Numbered from the stretch's first letter, positions 13,170 through 26,316 are shown. The stretch: DNA of 64,000 bases from Octopus sinensis (GCF_006345805.1 NC_043012.1:1178001-1242000); one strand, 5' to 3'. The notes: generated by a model from the sequence alone, not told the origin. Made by a program: numbers and translations.

Positions 13170-13460
13170 CATCATCATCATCATCATTATCATCATCATC
13201 GTTTTAAGTCCGTTTTCCATGCTAGCATGGGTTGGACAGTTCGACCGGGGTCTGTGAAGTCAAGAGGCTGCATCAGGCTCCAGTCTGATCTGGCAGTGTT
13301 TCTACAGCTGGATGCCCTTCCTAACACCAACCATTCCATGAGTGTAGTGGGTGCTTTTTATGTGCCACCGACACAGGGACCAGAGGAGGCTGGCAATGGC
13401 CACAATTGGTTGGTGCTTTTTACGTGCCACCGGCACAGGTATCACAACTACAATTCCATT
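13170..13460 (-). mobile_element. RTE LINE 3' end (family C)
   Basis: (CAT)n plus reverse complement of the family C terminus. Confidence 0.78.
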
Positions 13461-14691
13461 TAAGTATATCTTACTTAAGTATATCTTACTCGTGATTTCA
13501 AACTTTGGCACAAGGCCAGCAATTTTGTGGGAAGTGTTAGTTGATTACACCAACTCCAGTGTTTTAAATCCGGGTTTTGTCTCTGTTAACAGGGGTGGCT
13601 TGATCTACCTCAATGCCATAGCAACTGAGGTAGGCAGGTGCAGCCCACCCCAACATTTGGGCTGGCTGGTGCCCTTTCTCCCTTGCTATCATGAGGCTTT
13701 TTTGGAGCTGGATTTTTTACGGGGAGCATGCCCTTGCTTACCCCTAACCTCAGTTTCTAGACATGAGTGGTCCCGTGACCAAGGCCTCTACTACGATTTT
13801 TAAGAAATGTGATGGAAAACTAGGTCAGGAAGGCAGGGATGCTACTCCATGAGACCCCTTTCGGAGTGCCCCCTACCTCGTATTTATTTTACTGACCTTG
13901 AAAGAACAAAAGGCAAAGTCAAACTCAGCAAAATTTGAACCCTGCGTATGAAGACAGACGAAATGCTGCTAAGCATTTTGTTCCACACGTTAATGATTCT
14001 GCCAGCTCACCACCTGGAAGTGTGCATTCATATTGGCTCAAGACCAACGATTTCAGAGGTGGGGATGAGTCAATTACATCGACCCCAGTGCTCAACTGGT
14101 TCTTTGTTTATCAACCCCAAAAGGATGAGAAGCAAAGTCAATGTTGGCACAATTTTAACACAGACTGTAAAGATGGATGAAATGCCTCTAAACTCTTTAC
14201 CTAGATTGTTAATGGTTCTGCTAACTTATAAGTATATATGAACATTAATTAGTAAATCTAAAAGATGTTGCAATCAATGAAATAAATTTACAGTTAGAGG
14301 GACTGATATTTTGTTGGCATCCTTTTGTCTCAACAGACGTTGGTGTTAAACATAAACTAATCCAGTCTGGTTTTTACATTTCATATCCTGTCCAGTTTTG
14401 TGCAGGCCTGGGCTAGATGTAAGAAAATCCTGGGTAGCCCAATCGTCAAGCTTCCTCTCTCAACCTTGCTTACATTTGGCACAAGCTTGGTTTCAGGAGC
14501 TGCTGGAAGAGTGTCAAGTTGAACACTAAACCACCTACAGGGCTCTACTCCAGATTTCTTTGATGGTTGTCTCCTTCCTGTAACCCTGGATAGGGGCTCA
14601 TACTGGGTACTGTCAGCCGGAGCCAGCTAAGTCTGGGACTCGTATCAGGCAGGGTTGTCACTCCTTGAAGTAGTGAAGAAAATCGCTACCC

Positions 14692-14851
14692 ATTTACCTT
14701 TTACATTACTTTCTTGCATTCCATACAGTCTTGCCATTTCCACTTTCAATTCGGAGTACTTGATGATTTTTTCAATCTCCTTACTTACAACATTCATGTC
14801 ATTTGATATGGCTACATCAATAATCTGATAGTATTTGTCTCTATTATTATA
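14692..14851 (-). mobile_element. Fragment of the restriction-like endonuclease (RLE) domain of an R4/Dong-type non-LTR retrotransposon
   Basis: RDKYYQIIDVAISNDMNVVSKEIEKIIKYSELKVEMARLYGM fits the IIDVAxxxDxN...KExEKxxKY motif of RLE-clade ORFs. Confidence 0.7.
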
Positions 14852-15147
14852 GGGACCCATACCGGGTACTGTCAGCCGGAGCCAGTTGAGCCCGGGACTT
14901 GTGTCAGGGAGGGTCATCACTCACTGAAGTAGTGAAGAAAATCGCTACCCACTACCTAGTGGGACTGATTAAGGAGGGAAAATTAGATGTTTCGTTACAA
15001 ATACAACACAGATCATTGCTTTGCTGCTGGACACTCTCACAGATCAGGTTATCTGTAACTTTAGTGATTAGAATTTTACGTTTTTCTTTTTCCCATTTTA
15101 AAAAAATTTTGAATATTGTTTATGCTTGATTATCTTCTACATTAAAG

Positions 15148-15189
15148 GAATTAATAGACGACAGAATGTTTGGAAGTTTTTCCAATCCT
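15148..15189 (+). CDS. Possible 42-nt internal exon (ELIDDRMFGSFSNP in phase 0, or INRRQNVWKFFQS in phase 1)
   Basis: T-rich upstream tract, AAG acceptor and perfect GTAAGT donor in non-repeat DNA. No homology recognised. Confidence 0.2.
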
Positions 15190-15866
15190 GTAAGTCATTC
15201 CACTTCACCTAGTTTTACCTTTTCATGCAAGCAAACTGTAAAAGCAGTAAAGAAAAACCGTTGCTCACTGAAGGCAGCAAGCAAGTCATGCTTGATTTAA
15301 GAAATGAATTCCAAATTTCAAATTCGTCAATAGATTTACCGAAACAATGTTTAAAAGACAATTTGGCAATATTTCAATTTAATATTTGTCTGTTTCATTG
15401 CTTGAATGAATTTTAACGAAGTTCCAATATATGGAAAGAAGAACAATATGAATATTATCTACACTATTAATTTAATGGTTTGCTGCACGCAGTCTTAAGA
15501 AGACTCCTTTCGCTAAACAATTTCCTAACTATCTAGCTGTAAAATTGGGTAAGTGTGTGTAGTCAACATGGTGCAGCATCGGCCCTTAATGCCTTACAGT
15601 AAGTTAAACACACTGCATAGGATGGCAATATCTATCAGTGAATGAAAAAATACTTAACCAAACATGAATGCTTGAAAAGATATCTGACATCAAAAGCCTA
15701 AAAGAAAGGCTTAGCTGCAGGGTTATGAAACTTGCTTTACAACCAGATGGTTTTGGGTTCAGCCTACCTTCTGTAGAGCCCCTTGGGCATGTGTCTATTT
15801 CTATAGTCTCCTGGCCAACCAATTCCTTGTGAGTGAATGTGATAGATGGAAACTGTGTGGAAGCCC

Positions 15867-15897
<31 letters not shown>

Positions 15898-15899
<2 letters not shown>

Positions 15900-16930
15900 C
15901 ATTATCATCATCATTATTTAATGTCAATTTTCCATGCTGGCATGAGTTGGCTGGTTTGACAAGAACAGACCAGCTGAAGAGCTGCTCAGGCTCTGTGTCT
16001 GTTTTGGGGGTGGTTTTTACAGATGGATGCCCTTCATAATGCCAACCACTTTACAGAACGTACTGGGTGCCTTTATGCAGCACTGACCCAGGTGCTGTTA
16101 TGTGGCACCAGCACAGGTTCTTTTTATGTGAAACAATCACCTACAAGCTCACAAGTTTAGGGTCACTCCTTGAGTATGCAAAATTAGGATCACTCACCTG
16201 AAGAGTGATACAGAGGACATGTCTGTATGCAATGAAAACGATTATATTTACCTTGATGTGTCTTTTCAAGCACAGCAAACTGCTGAAAGTCTTGGCCTCT
16301 TCTCATCCTCTCTGTGAAGCCAAATGTCTGATGAGCCTTTCTCACCATTTTGCCCTACATGTTTCTGGTTCTACCCGTTCCACACATTACCTCCACAAGT
16401 AGAGATCGGTACTTTTTGATGCAACTGCCCTCATCCATATGCATTACATAATGATACCAGTGCAGTCTCCTCTCTTGTATCCTACATCTGACTCCTCATA
16501 TACTCAGTTCCACTCTCAAATCCCGTACACTTTGTCATATATGCACACTGACATCACCCATCCAGCAGAACATTCTGGCTTCATTTCTTTCAAGCCTTTG
16601 TATGTCCTCAGTAGTCATGGCCCATGTCTCATTGCCATGTAAAATACCTGTTCAATCTGCCTTTCATTACCAACAGAGGTAGTAGCTCTCTGAATTTTGC
16701 CCAGCCTGTTCTTATTCTAGCAGCTATGCTTTCAGAACAACCTCTATCACTGCTAACTCGGTCATCTAAGTAATGGAAACTGTCTGTCACCTTTAAGGAT
16801 CCTTGATGACACTTGAGAAAGTCTATTTTCTGAACATACCTGGTGTTTAATGTACCTGCACATCTGTCACATGTAAAGACTACTTTCTGTGTTAATCTTC
16901 CAACGATACTGCTGCACCTCTTATGTGTCC
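15898..16930 (-). mobile_element. 5'-truncated RTE-clade LINE (ORF2 C-terminus, 3'UTR, (GAT)n tail)
   Basis: THKRCSSIVGRLTQKVVFTCDRCAG, VTDSFHYLDDRVSSDRGCSESIAARIRTGWAKFRELLPLL and terminal FAVLEKTHQG, followed by the family C terminus. Confidence 0.82.
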
Positions 16931-17162
16931 CATATATATATTGATGTGTGTGTGTGTGTCTTTGTGCCTGTATCCATCCTCCTACCCTTGCTTGACAACT
17001 CTTTAAATTAGTGGTTTGGCAAAAGACACCAATAATAAGTACCAGGCATACTGGTACTGGAGTCAATGTTCTAAACTAAAATCCTTTCAGGATTTGCTCT
17101 AGCATGGCCATAATGCACTGACTGAAAAAAGTAAGAGCTAAAAGATGTAGGCAATGTATAGT

Positions 17163-17442
17163 ATATCGGTCTCTTTTGCCACACACCAGAATCGGTTGTC
17201 AAGCGATGTTGGGGGGACAAACACAGAGACACAAACATACAGACACACACACACATATATATATATGTATACACATATACGACGGTCTTCTTTCAGTTTC
17301 CATCTACCAAATCACTCACAAAGCTTTAGTCGGCCTGTGGCTATAGTAGAAGACACTTGCCCAAGGTGCCACACAGAGGGACTGAACCCGGAACCATGTG
17401 GCTGGTAAGCAAGCTATGTACCACACAGACACTCTTACGCCT
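17163..17442 (-). mobile_element. SINE family A (partial)
   Basis: Reverse-complement match to the family A head and body. Confidence 0.8.
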
Positions 17443-17690
17443 ATTCAAAAGGTTTATTGAATCTCTTTTAATGAATCTGTTATTACCAATCTATTTATAG
17501 GTCCATTCCATTGGACAGGCGAAGCAGTGCCACAAGAAAAGTTTCTATCATAAAAAGGAGCACGTTTTTTTTTTATAATTTTATTTAAGTCTAATGAGTC
17601 CTCATTGCCCCTAAGAATTTCGTTTTTACCCCATTTGGAATAATTTATCCCTTTTTGCCAACACCTGCTATACAGGATCTGTAGTAATTA

Positions 17691-18256
17691 TTAGGTTGTC
17701 CGGAAAGTTTGTGCTAATTTATAGTAGCTTACCTTTCGGCTTATTTTAGAACATGGTTGAGTCCATAAAATAGGATTTGACTACATTTCGATTTAGAACA
17801 CAGTTTAAGCTATCTTTTCGTGGAAGAAGGTTTATGTTCCTATAACCTGTGTTTATTCTGTAACCCTTTAAAATGGAAGATAAGAAAGTTCATTTTTGGC
17901 AATGGATGCTTTGGGAACCAGACAAAAATTGCTGCAGCTCGGCTGGGATGTGTTACCCCACCCTCCATATTCACCAGATATTGCTCCTTTGGATTTCCAC
18001 TTATTCAGGTCTCAGCAGAATAGTCTTAATGGTAAAAATTTCAATTCCTTGGATGACGTAAAAAGATACCTTGATGAATTCTTTGCCATGAAACCACCTC
18101 AATTCTGGGAAGAGGGTACTTTCAAGTTAAAGGAACGATGGAGACGCATTGTGCAACAAAATAGTTCATATTTGGTTGATTAAAAATGTAAAGGCAAGTA
18201 TTTTTTGACCTTTTTCCTTCCTTTAAAAATTGGCATGAACATTCCGGACAACCCAA
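17691..18256 (+). mobile_element. Mariner deletion derivative, same family as 31983-33228
   Basis: TA|TTAGGTTGTCCGGAAAG ... TTCCGGACAACCCAA|TA. N-terminal MEDKKVHF is fused to C-terminal QKLLQLGWDVLPHPPYSPDIAP. Confidence 0.92.
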
Positions 18257-18390
18257 TAGAAGTGGGTATAAAGTGGAGAACAATAGGTGTGGTAAAAAAA
18301 TGAAACTGTGAGGTGTCAAATGAAAAATAAATTTCTCAAAATAATTTTGGTATCCTTTTGGAATTAATTTGTACTGTGTCTATATTTAAG

Positions 18391-18447
18391 CATTGTTTTG
18401 AATGGTGGTAGTGGTGACCTGAACGAAGGGGCCTGTGCCAAGGTGAA
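18391..18447 (+). CDS. Candidate 57-nt phase 2-2 exon (IVLNGGSGDLNEGACAKV)
   Basis: AAG acceptor after a T-rich tract, GTAAGT donor, GC-richer than flanks. Only the phase-2 frame is open. Confidence 0.3.
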
Positions 18448-19194
18448 GTAAGTAATATACCAAATACTTATTGACTAATCTATCAAATAGCTGTAAACAT
18501 AAAATGTTTATTTGATATTTCTGGCAGAATAAAAAATTGAAGAAAAGCATGAAAAATAAATTAAAATAATAATCATTATTTCTTATTATATTCGACTAAT
18601 TTTGAACAAATATATTTCTTTTTTTCTATCATTCAGTTGAAACAAGGTTCTGAAAATAAATTAGAACTAGAGTTCTATTTAATTTTAGAATAGCCTTATT
18701 TGTGGACATTCACCAACAGCGACCGAAATAGATACGGAGAATCCAAAGAGTGCACGAAGTTGAATCAAAGCCAAATCTGTTGTCAGGACATTTTGGTGTT
18801 GCTTAAATTGAAGATGAAATTCTGGCAGAAGTTTTTAACTATTCTATAATCAGAGTGAAATATATTAGAGGAAAGAAATGAAATTGATAATCTCTTGGGA
18901 TTACTGTCAAGAAGTTTTAAAAGTTACTGCATATAAGATCTTATAGTATAATTGCTTGTCATGAATTGAACTGTACTGCAAAAACAGGGGTGATAAATCT
19001 TTCACATTCTATTTACTCCAGGTAATATTTTATGTGGGTATTTTGAAAATACTACATGGAGTGACGACTGTGGCCTGTATAGTTAGGGGCCACTCTTTGG
19101 CAAAACATAGCAACCATTCAACCAGCCTGCTAGTGATACAACAAAGCCATGGGACTGCTGCATGGCAGACTGTGAAGGGGTAGTTTAAAGGTGT

Positions 19195-19528
19195 GAAGGG
19201 GCATGGCTCAGTGATTAGAGCATCGAGTTTATGATCATGAGGTTGTGAGTTCGAACCCCGGACCGGGCTGCGTGTTGTGTTCTTGAGCAAGACACTTTAT
19301 TTCGTGTTGCTCCAGTTCAGTCAGCTGTAGAAATGAGTTGCGATGTCACAGGTGCCAAGCTGTATCGACCTTTGTCTTTCCCTTGGATAACATCGGTGGC
19401 ATGGAGAGAGGTGGATGGTATGCATGGGCGACTGCTGGTCTTCCATAAACAACATTGCCCAGACTTGTGCCTGGGAGGGTAACTTTCTAGGTGCAATTCC
19501 ATGGTCAGTCATGACCGAAGGGGGTCTT
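19195..19528 (+). mobile_element. tRNA-derived SINE family E
   Basis: tRNA-like head TGGCTCAGTGATTAGAGC...GTGAGTTCGAACCCC and CORE-like TTCTTGAGCAAGACACTTT. Confidence 0.82.
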
Positions 19529-19534
19529 AGTAGT

Positions 19535-19870
19535 GTGAAGATGCAAAGCTCAGTGGCTAGAGTGTTGGTCTCACAATCAATAGGTTGTGAGTTCAATTCC
19601 CGGATCAGGCTGTTGTCCTCTTGAGCAAGACACTTTGTTTCATGTTACTCCAGTTCACCCAGCTGTAGAAATGAGTTAAGATATCACTGGTGTCAAGCTG
19701 TATCAACCTATGCCTTTCCCTTGGATAACATTGGTGGTGTGGAGAAGGGAGGATGGTATGCTTGGGTGACTGTTGGTCTTCTATAGACAACCTTGTCTGG
19801 ACTTGTGCCCTCAGAGGGGAACTTTCTAGATGCAATCCCATGGTCATTCATGACCAAAAGGAGTCTTTAC
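19535..19870 (+). mobile_element. tRNA-derived SINE family E, more diverged tandem neighbour
   Basis: Colinear with 19195-19528. Confidence 0.78.
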
Positions 19871-20719
19871 CTTTCTTTTAATGGAAGAGTAGTTCAACTG
19901 AGCCAATGGTGCTTCTTACATCGATGCTGAACAGAGGAATCCTACAAGATCGACAGTCAGGATCACCAAACTCTAACAAAATTGTAGCTGCAACACATCC
20001 ATAGGAGTGACAGGAAAGTTCCACTGTGACTCAAGCTCCCAAATGAAATTCATAATAATGGAATTGGATGGTAACAGAGAGTCATAGGAATCCTCAAAAA
20101 ATCACATTTTATTAGTAAATTTACACCTCAGCTACCAATCACCAATTTCAGTGGACAATTCTACCAATAAAAAGCATACAACAAAGATGAAGCTGGTCTT
20201 TGGTTTTAAATACAGTTTCAGGCCTAGCTGAGGGGCTGGATGTTTGTTCCTAACTACATGGTTCCAGATTCAGTCCCACTCATTGCAACTTTGGGCAAGT
20301 GGTTTCTACTATATACCCAGCCCCAGATTGTCAAATGTCTTGAATGTAGATTTTGTAGATGGAAACTGAAAAAAAATGCTTATGCTGGGGTTGATTTGGT
20401 CATCTAATACCCTATAAGGTGATGTCTAAGCATGGCTGCAGTCCAGTGACTGAAACAAGTGACAGATATAAGGAAAGATATATAACTATGTGTGTACATC
20501 TTTGTGTGTGTGTACCCATAACTTAGCGGTATGGCAAAAAGAGAATGATAGAATCAGCACCAGTCTTAAAAAAAAGTACTGAAGCAGATTTGTTCAACTA
20601 AATCCTTCAAGGTGGTGCCGTAGCATGGCCACAGTCCAATGACTGAAACCAGTAAAAGATAGAAGATAAGGATATCTGTGTGAGTGACAATGAAGCCAAA
20701 ACAAAGATGGTGAAGTTGA

Positions 20720-21084
20720 CAATGATGATGATCACGATGATGATGATAATGATGATGATGATGATGATGACGATGATAATGATGATGATGATGATGATGA
20801 CGATGATAATGATGATAACAAGGACAATGACAACAATGCTGATCATGATGATGATCACGAGGAAGATAATGATGAAGAGGAGGGTGAGAATGATGATGAT
20901 GATGATGATGACGACAATGATGATGATGATGATGATGATGATGATAATGATGATGATGATGATGATGATGATGACGACGACGACGACGATGATGATGACG
21001 ACAATGATGATGATGATGATGATATTGATGATGATGGGGATGATGATGATAAGGAGGAGGATGATGATGAGAATGAGGATGAGA

Positions 21085-21116
<32 letters not shown>

Positions 21117-21150
21117 AACGATGATGATGATGACAATGATGATGACGACA

Positions 21151-21181
<31 letters not shown>

Positions 21182-21321
21182 GGATGATGATGATCACGAG
21201 GAAGATGATGATGAGGATGAGGATGAGGATGATGATGAGGATGATGATGATCACGAGGAAAATGATGATGAGGATGAGGATGAGAATGATGATGATGATG
21301 ACGATGATGATGATGACGACA

Positions 21322-21355
<34 letters not shown>

Positions 21356-21668
21356 GGATGATGATGATGGGGATGATGATGATAAGGAGGAGGATGTTGA
21401 TGATGATGATGATGATAATGATAATGATGATGATGAGGATGATGAGGATGATGACGACGACAACAATGTTGGCAATGATGACTACAATGATGATCATCAT
21501 GATCATGATGAAGATGACGATGATGATGATGATGATGACAATGCTGCTGCTGATGATGATGGTGATGACGACGACGACGGCGGCGACAGTGATGGCAGCA
21601 GAGATGACGACGACGATGGCGGTGATGATGATGATGACAGCGATGACGATGACGATGACGACGATGAT
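20720..21668. repeat. About 950-bp (GAT)n-based triplet repeat with higher-order units
   Basis: Phase-preserved GAT/GAC/GAG/AAT triplets. Recurring GATCACGAGGAA and GGGGATGATGATGATAAGGAGGAGG blocks. Confidence 0.95.
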
Positions 21669-21744
21669 CTGGGAGTGGGTTTTTGTAAGAAAGTGGTTGG
21701 GATTACTTCACGACATATTGTTAACTGTTTTCCACTATTTCTAG

Positions 21745-21810
21745 GACGACTGCACAATTTGGTCCATCAATCATTCAAGAACGTCAGGCGGCAGCTAAAC
21801 CGATGTTGAA
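21745..21810 (+). CDS. Candidate 66-nt phase 2-2 exon (TTAQFGPSIIQERQAAAKPML)
   Basis: Branch-like TTAAC, pyrimidine tract TGTTTTCCACTATTTCTAG, GTACGT donor. Length is a multiple of 3, the other two frames have stops, CpG-containing non-repeat DNA. Confidence 0.42.
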
Positions 21811-22140
21811 GTACGTGAATCAGAATTCATGCAACATACTGGTTGTCAGAAATCTTGTCATGTCACAGTAAATGTTTGGAGATGCCAACAGATGCATAAA
21901 AGAAAACAATTTACTTCTAATATTTTGGTTTAGGAAAATTCTTTGAAAAATAACACAGATTCTTCTCAAAAGTTCAGTACTTAATATGTTAATGCTCTCT
22001 TTGTGGAATAATAGATTATTTTAATTATTTTAACGTTTTAATACGAAAAAGAAATGCAGATTATAAATCTCTGATTTTCAAAACATAAATCTATCTGAAG
22101 ACTTGATTAAAATATATATATATATAAATATATATATATA

Positions 22141-22980
22141 GGCACAGGAGTGGCTGTGTGGTAAGTAGCTTGCTTACCAACCAAATGGTTCCAGGTTCAG
22201 TCCCACTGCATGGCACCTTGGGCAAGTGTCTTCTACTATAGCCTCGGTCCGACCAAAGCCTTGTGAGTGGATTTGGTAGACGGAAACTGAAAGAAGCCCA
22301 TCGTATATATGTATACATATATATATGCGTGCGTGTGTTTGTGTGTCTGTTTGTCACCCTAGCATTACTTGACAACCGATGCTGGTGTGTTTACGTCCCC
22401 GTCACTTAGCGGTTCAGCAAAAGAGACCGATAGAATAAGTACTGGGCTTACAAAGAATAAGTCCCGGGTTCGAGTTGCTTGACTAAAGGCGGTGCTCCAG
22501 CATGACCGCAGTCAACTGACTGAAACAATTAAAAGAGTAAAGAGTATATATATATATATATATAATATATATATATAGGCACAGGAGTGTCTGTGTGGTA
22601 AGTAGCTTGCTTACCAACCAAATGGTTCCGGGTTCAGTCCCACTGCATGGCACCTTGGGCAAGTGTCTTCTACTATAGCTTCGGTCCGACCAAAGCCTTG
22701 TGAGTGGATTTGGTAGACGGAAACTGAAAGAAGCCCATCGTATATATGTATACATATATATATGCGTGCGTGTGTTTGTGTGTCTGTTTGTCACCCTAGC
22801 ATTACTTGACAACCGATGCTGGTGTGTTTACGTCCCCGTCACTTAGCGGTTCAGCAAAAGAGACCGATAGAATAAGTACTGGGCTTACAAAGAATAAGTC
22901 CCGGGTTCGAGTTGCTCGACTAAAGGCGGTGCTCCAGCATGACCGCAGTCAACTGACTGAAACAATTAAAAGAGTAAAGA

Positions 22981-22983
<3 letters not shown>
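22141..22983 (+). mobile_element. Two tandem SINE A copies from a local duplication (period ~437 bp)
   Basis: Both share private variants (ACCAAATGG, GTCAACTGAC, AACAATTAAAAG, CTGTTTGTCACCC). Confidence 0.88.
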
Positions 22984-23021
<38 letters not shown>

Positions 23022-23360
23022 TCTGTGCAGGCATGGCTGTGTGATGGGAGGTTTGCTTCCCAACCACATGGTTCCATGTTCAGTCTCACTGCCAAGCGCC
23101 TTGGCCAAAGTGTCTTCTACTGTAGCCTCAGGCCAACCAAGGCTTTGTGAGTGGATTTCATAGACAGAAACTAAACAAAGCCTGTCATATATATGTGTGT
23201 GTGTGTTTTCATATTTCCTGTTGTCTACAGAGTTGGTGACATTCTGTACCCGTATATGCATATATATATATATATAATATATATATATATACACACGTGG
23301 AAATGGATGTATGGCATTCAATTAAATAGATATAATATAAATGATATATATATATATATA

Positions 23361-24075
23361 GTTAATCCAAACAAGAAAGCACAAAAAAACACAACAACGT
23401 GAGGACGTGGAACAAATATAGTATTATTGGACGCTCAGGAAAGAAGGAAAGAACGAGGCTATAACGTTTCGAGCGGAGCTCTTCATCGGAAACATAGGAG
23501 AAGGAAAGCTCCAGAGAAGAGAAGACAGAGGAAAAAAATCGCCAACGGTACACACGAGGTCACACCAACTGTGTAGACAACATGAGATATGAAAACAAAC
23601 GAGAGGAAAAATGAAAAACAGGACACGTAAACACAGAGAATGACCCTTCATCAGTTGTCGGCTGTCTATCTACTCCTTATTTTGAGAATTCAATGACAAT
23701 ATGAGTCTTCAAAGACAGTTACTCCTATAAATTCTAAAATAAAATTTAGGTTTTATGAAGGGTCAAAGTTGAGAGCAGAATTAGGACAGTGGAGACATAC
23801 AAGGGAACTGAACGAAACAATCATGGAGGGTTGTTAGACCTGAACAAGAAGAAAATAGTGAATGCTAGGAGAAATATTTTCTTTGAAAAGAGAAAAGATG
23901 GAAGAGAGAGAAGGAAAACATCCAGTCCTTTGAACGTCCATGCGGGAAAAGAAAGATGGTTACATGAGGAAAAGAAAGATGGACAATGGTCACATGTGAG
24001 CAATGAAAGAGAGAGAAAAATAGAAAGAGGGGGAGAGGGAGGTAGAAAATGGTGAAAGATGGAGAGGGACATGCA
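23361..24075 (-). mobile_element. Penelope-like element 3' region with hammerhead-like motif, ending in (TA)n
   Basis: Pyrimidine-rich - strand, CTGATGAAGGG (~23644-23654) and CCGATGAAGAGCTCCGCTCGAAACGTTA (23462-23489). Terminus resembles P1. Confidence 0.55.
23462..23489 (-). ncRNA. Minimal hammerhead ribozyme-like motif
   Basis: CCGATGA-A-GAGC-TCC-GCTC-GAAAC-GTTA. Stem III AACGUU is palindromic, stem I is weak. Confidence 0.5.
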
Positions 24076-24359
24076 CACACTCACTTATACATATATAAAT
24101 TTATAAATGACAGAGAAATAATATGATGAAAACTTAACTATAAGAAAATTCAAATAGCTTGACAAATTGTTTCATAACTTAAAACATGTAAAGATAATTT
24201 ATGTATCATATTATATATTCTATGTTTTGTAGAATGATACATTAAGGGTTTTTTTATGAGTACTACCAGATAACTTCAATCCATATACTGTGACACACAC
24301 ACACTCACACACACACACATACACACACACACACATATGTATGTATGTATAAATTTATA

Positions 24360-24602
24360 TAAATAAGGTTAAGATCGTTATTTAAAATACCAATCATATC
24401 AGGTGGCTAACATGGGAATAAAAACCTCATAGGTAATAATTATTATCAAAATTATAATTAAAGGTATCTAAGAGATACCACCATGCTAGATATAGCAACC
24501 AATAATTGACTCTAAAACCACATTAAATGTGGTTTTAGAGTCAAGTATTGGCTGCTATATCTAGCATGGTGGTATCTCTTAGATACCCTTAATTATAATT
24601 TT
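24360..24602 (-). repeat. Fold-back element: 155-bp palindrome (24448-24602) plus 88-nt tail in TA context
   Basis: Symmetric about 24525 with three mismatches. Confidence 0.85.
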
Positions 24603-25076
24603 ATATATGTATGTATAGATATATACACAGATACATGCATACACACATGCATTTGTGTGTGTGTGTGTATGTGTGTGTGTGCGTGTGTCTGTTTGTTCCC
24701 CACCACTAGTGTTTATGTCCCCATAACCTAAAAGTCTGGCAAAAGAAACCGATAGCATATGTATCAGGCTTTAAGGGGGAAAATAAAAAATGAATAGGTA
24801 CCAAATTTGATTCATTCGTATACAGTTCTTCAAGTCAGTGCTCCAGCATGACCACAGTCTAGTGACTGAAGCAAGTAAATGATAAAAGATAAACGATGTA
24901 ATGTGAAGGTGCACGGCCTATTGGCTGTGGTGTGGTATTCTCAATCAAAAGATTATAGTTTCAATTCCTGTGAGGCGGCGTTATTTTTGAAAGCTATGAC
25001 AATCCAAGGAAGTGCACTGAGACAAGTGATGTATAACAACATGTTATAGTCTAGTCAATACTGTGATACGGTATAT

Positions 25077-25305
25077 ACTCTTTTACTCTTCTACTCTTTT
25101 ACTTGTTTCAGTCATTTGACTGCGGCCATGCTGGAGCACAGCCTTTTTTTTAGTCAAGCAAATCGACCCCGGGACATATTCTCTGTAAGCCCAGTACTTA
25201 TTCTATCGGTCTCTTTTGCTGAACCGCTAAGTGATGGGGATGTAAACACACCAGCATCGGTTGTCAAGCAATGCTAGGGAGACAAACACAGACACACAAA
25301 CACAT

Positions 25306-25336
<31 letters not shown>

Positions 25337-25485
25337 CATATATACGACAGGTTTCTTTCAGTTTCCGTCTACCAAATCCACTCACAAGGCATTGGTCAGC
25401 CCAGCCTATAGCAGAAGACACTTGCCCAAGATGCCATGCAGTGGGACTGAACCGGAACCATGTGGCTGGTTAGCAAGCTACTTAC
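25077..25485 (-). mobile_element. SINE family A
   Basis: Reverse-complement family A match. Confidence 0.85.
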
Positions 25486-25902
25486 TTATATGTGTAAAAA
25501 AAAAGTTACAAAGAAGCTTATAATTTTGTGAGTTGAAGTGGTTTGCTCAAGAACACAATGTGTACCTGAGCCAGGAATTGAAACCAGAATCTAATGATCA
25601 TGAGTGAAACTACACCTAACCTATCAGATCCCAGTAAATGGTCTAACCCATGCTGGCATGGATTTTAAATGATGATGATGGTGATGATGACAAAGATGAC
25701 AAGGACAATGATGATGATGATGGTGATGATGACAACGATGATGATGATGATGAAGATGATGGTGATGGCGGTGGCTGTGGTGGTGATGATGATGACGACA
25801 ATAATGATGATGATGATAGTGACGATGAGGAAGATGAGGATGAAATTCCATGGAGAGAAAAAGAAATGAAGTATGTAGATAAGGATTACTTGCTATATAT
25901 AT

Positions 25903-26316
25903 ACTCTTTTACTCTTTCTCTTTTACTTGTTTCAGTCATTTGACTGCGGCCATGCTGGAGCACCGCCTTTAGTCGAGCAAATCGACCCCGGGACTTATTC
26001 TTTGTAAGCCCAGTACTTATTCTATCGGTCTTTTTTTTTGCCAAACTAAGTGACGGGGACGTAAACACACCAGCATCGGTTGTCAAGCAATACTAGGGGA
26101 ACAAACACAGACACACAAACACACACGTACATATATATATATATACATATATACGACAGGCTTCTTTCAGTTTCCGTCTACCAAATCCACTCACAAGGCA
26201 TTGGTTGGCCCGGGGCTATAGCAGAAAACATTTGCCCAAGATGCCACGCAGTGGGACTGAACCCGGAACCATGTGGTTGGTTAGCAAGCTACTTACCACA
26301 CAGCTACTCCTGTGCC
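25903..26316 (-). mobile_element. SINE family A
   Basis: Reverse-complement family A match. Confidence 0.87.

Noticed and set aside
19195-19270. tRNA gene
   Set aside because: The tRNA-like A/B boxes run directly into a SINE body that recurs in the window, so this is a SINE head.
20607-21757. Long ORFs (354 aa poly-Met, 299 aa poly-Ile, poly-Ser)
   Set aside because: Translations of the (GAT)n repeat, with no protein-like complexity.
25650-25943. Acidic poly-Asp ORF
   Set aside because: (GAT)n tail of a degraded RTE end running into a SINE.
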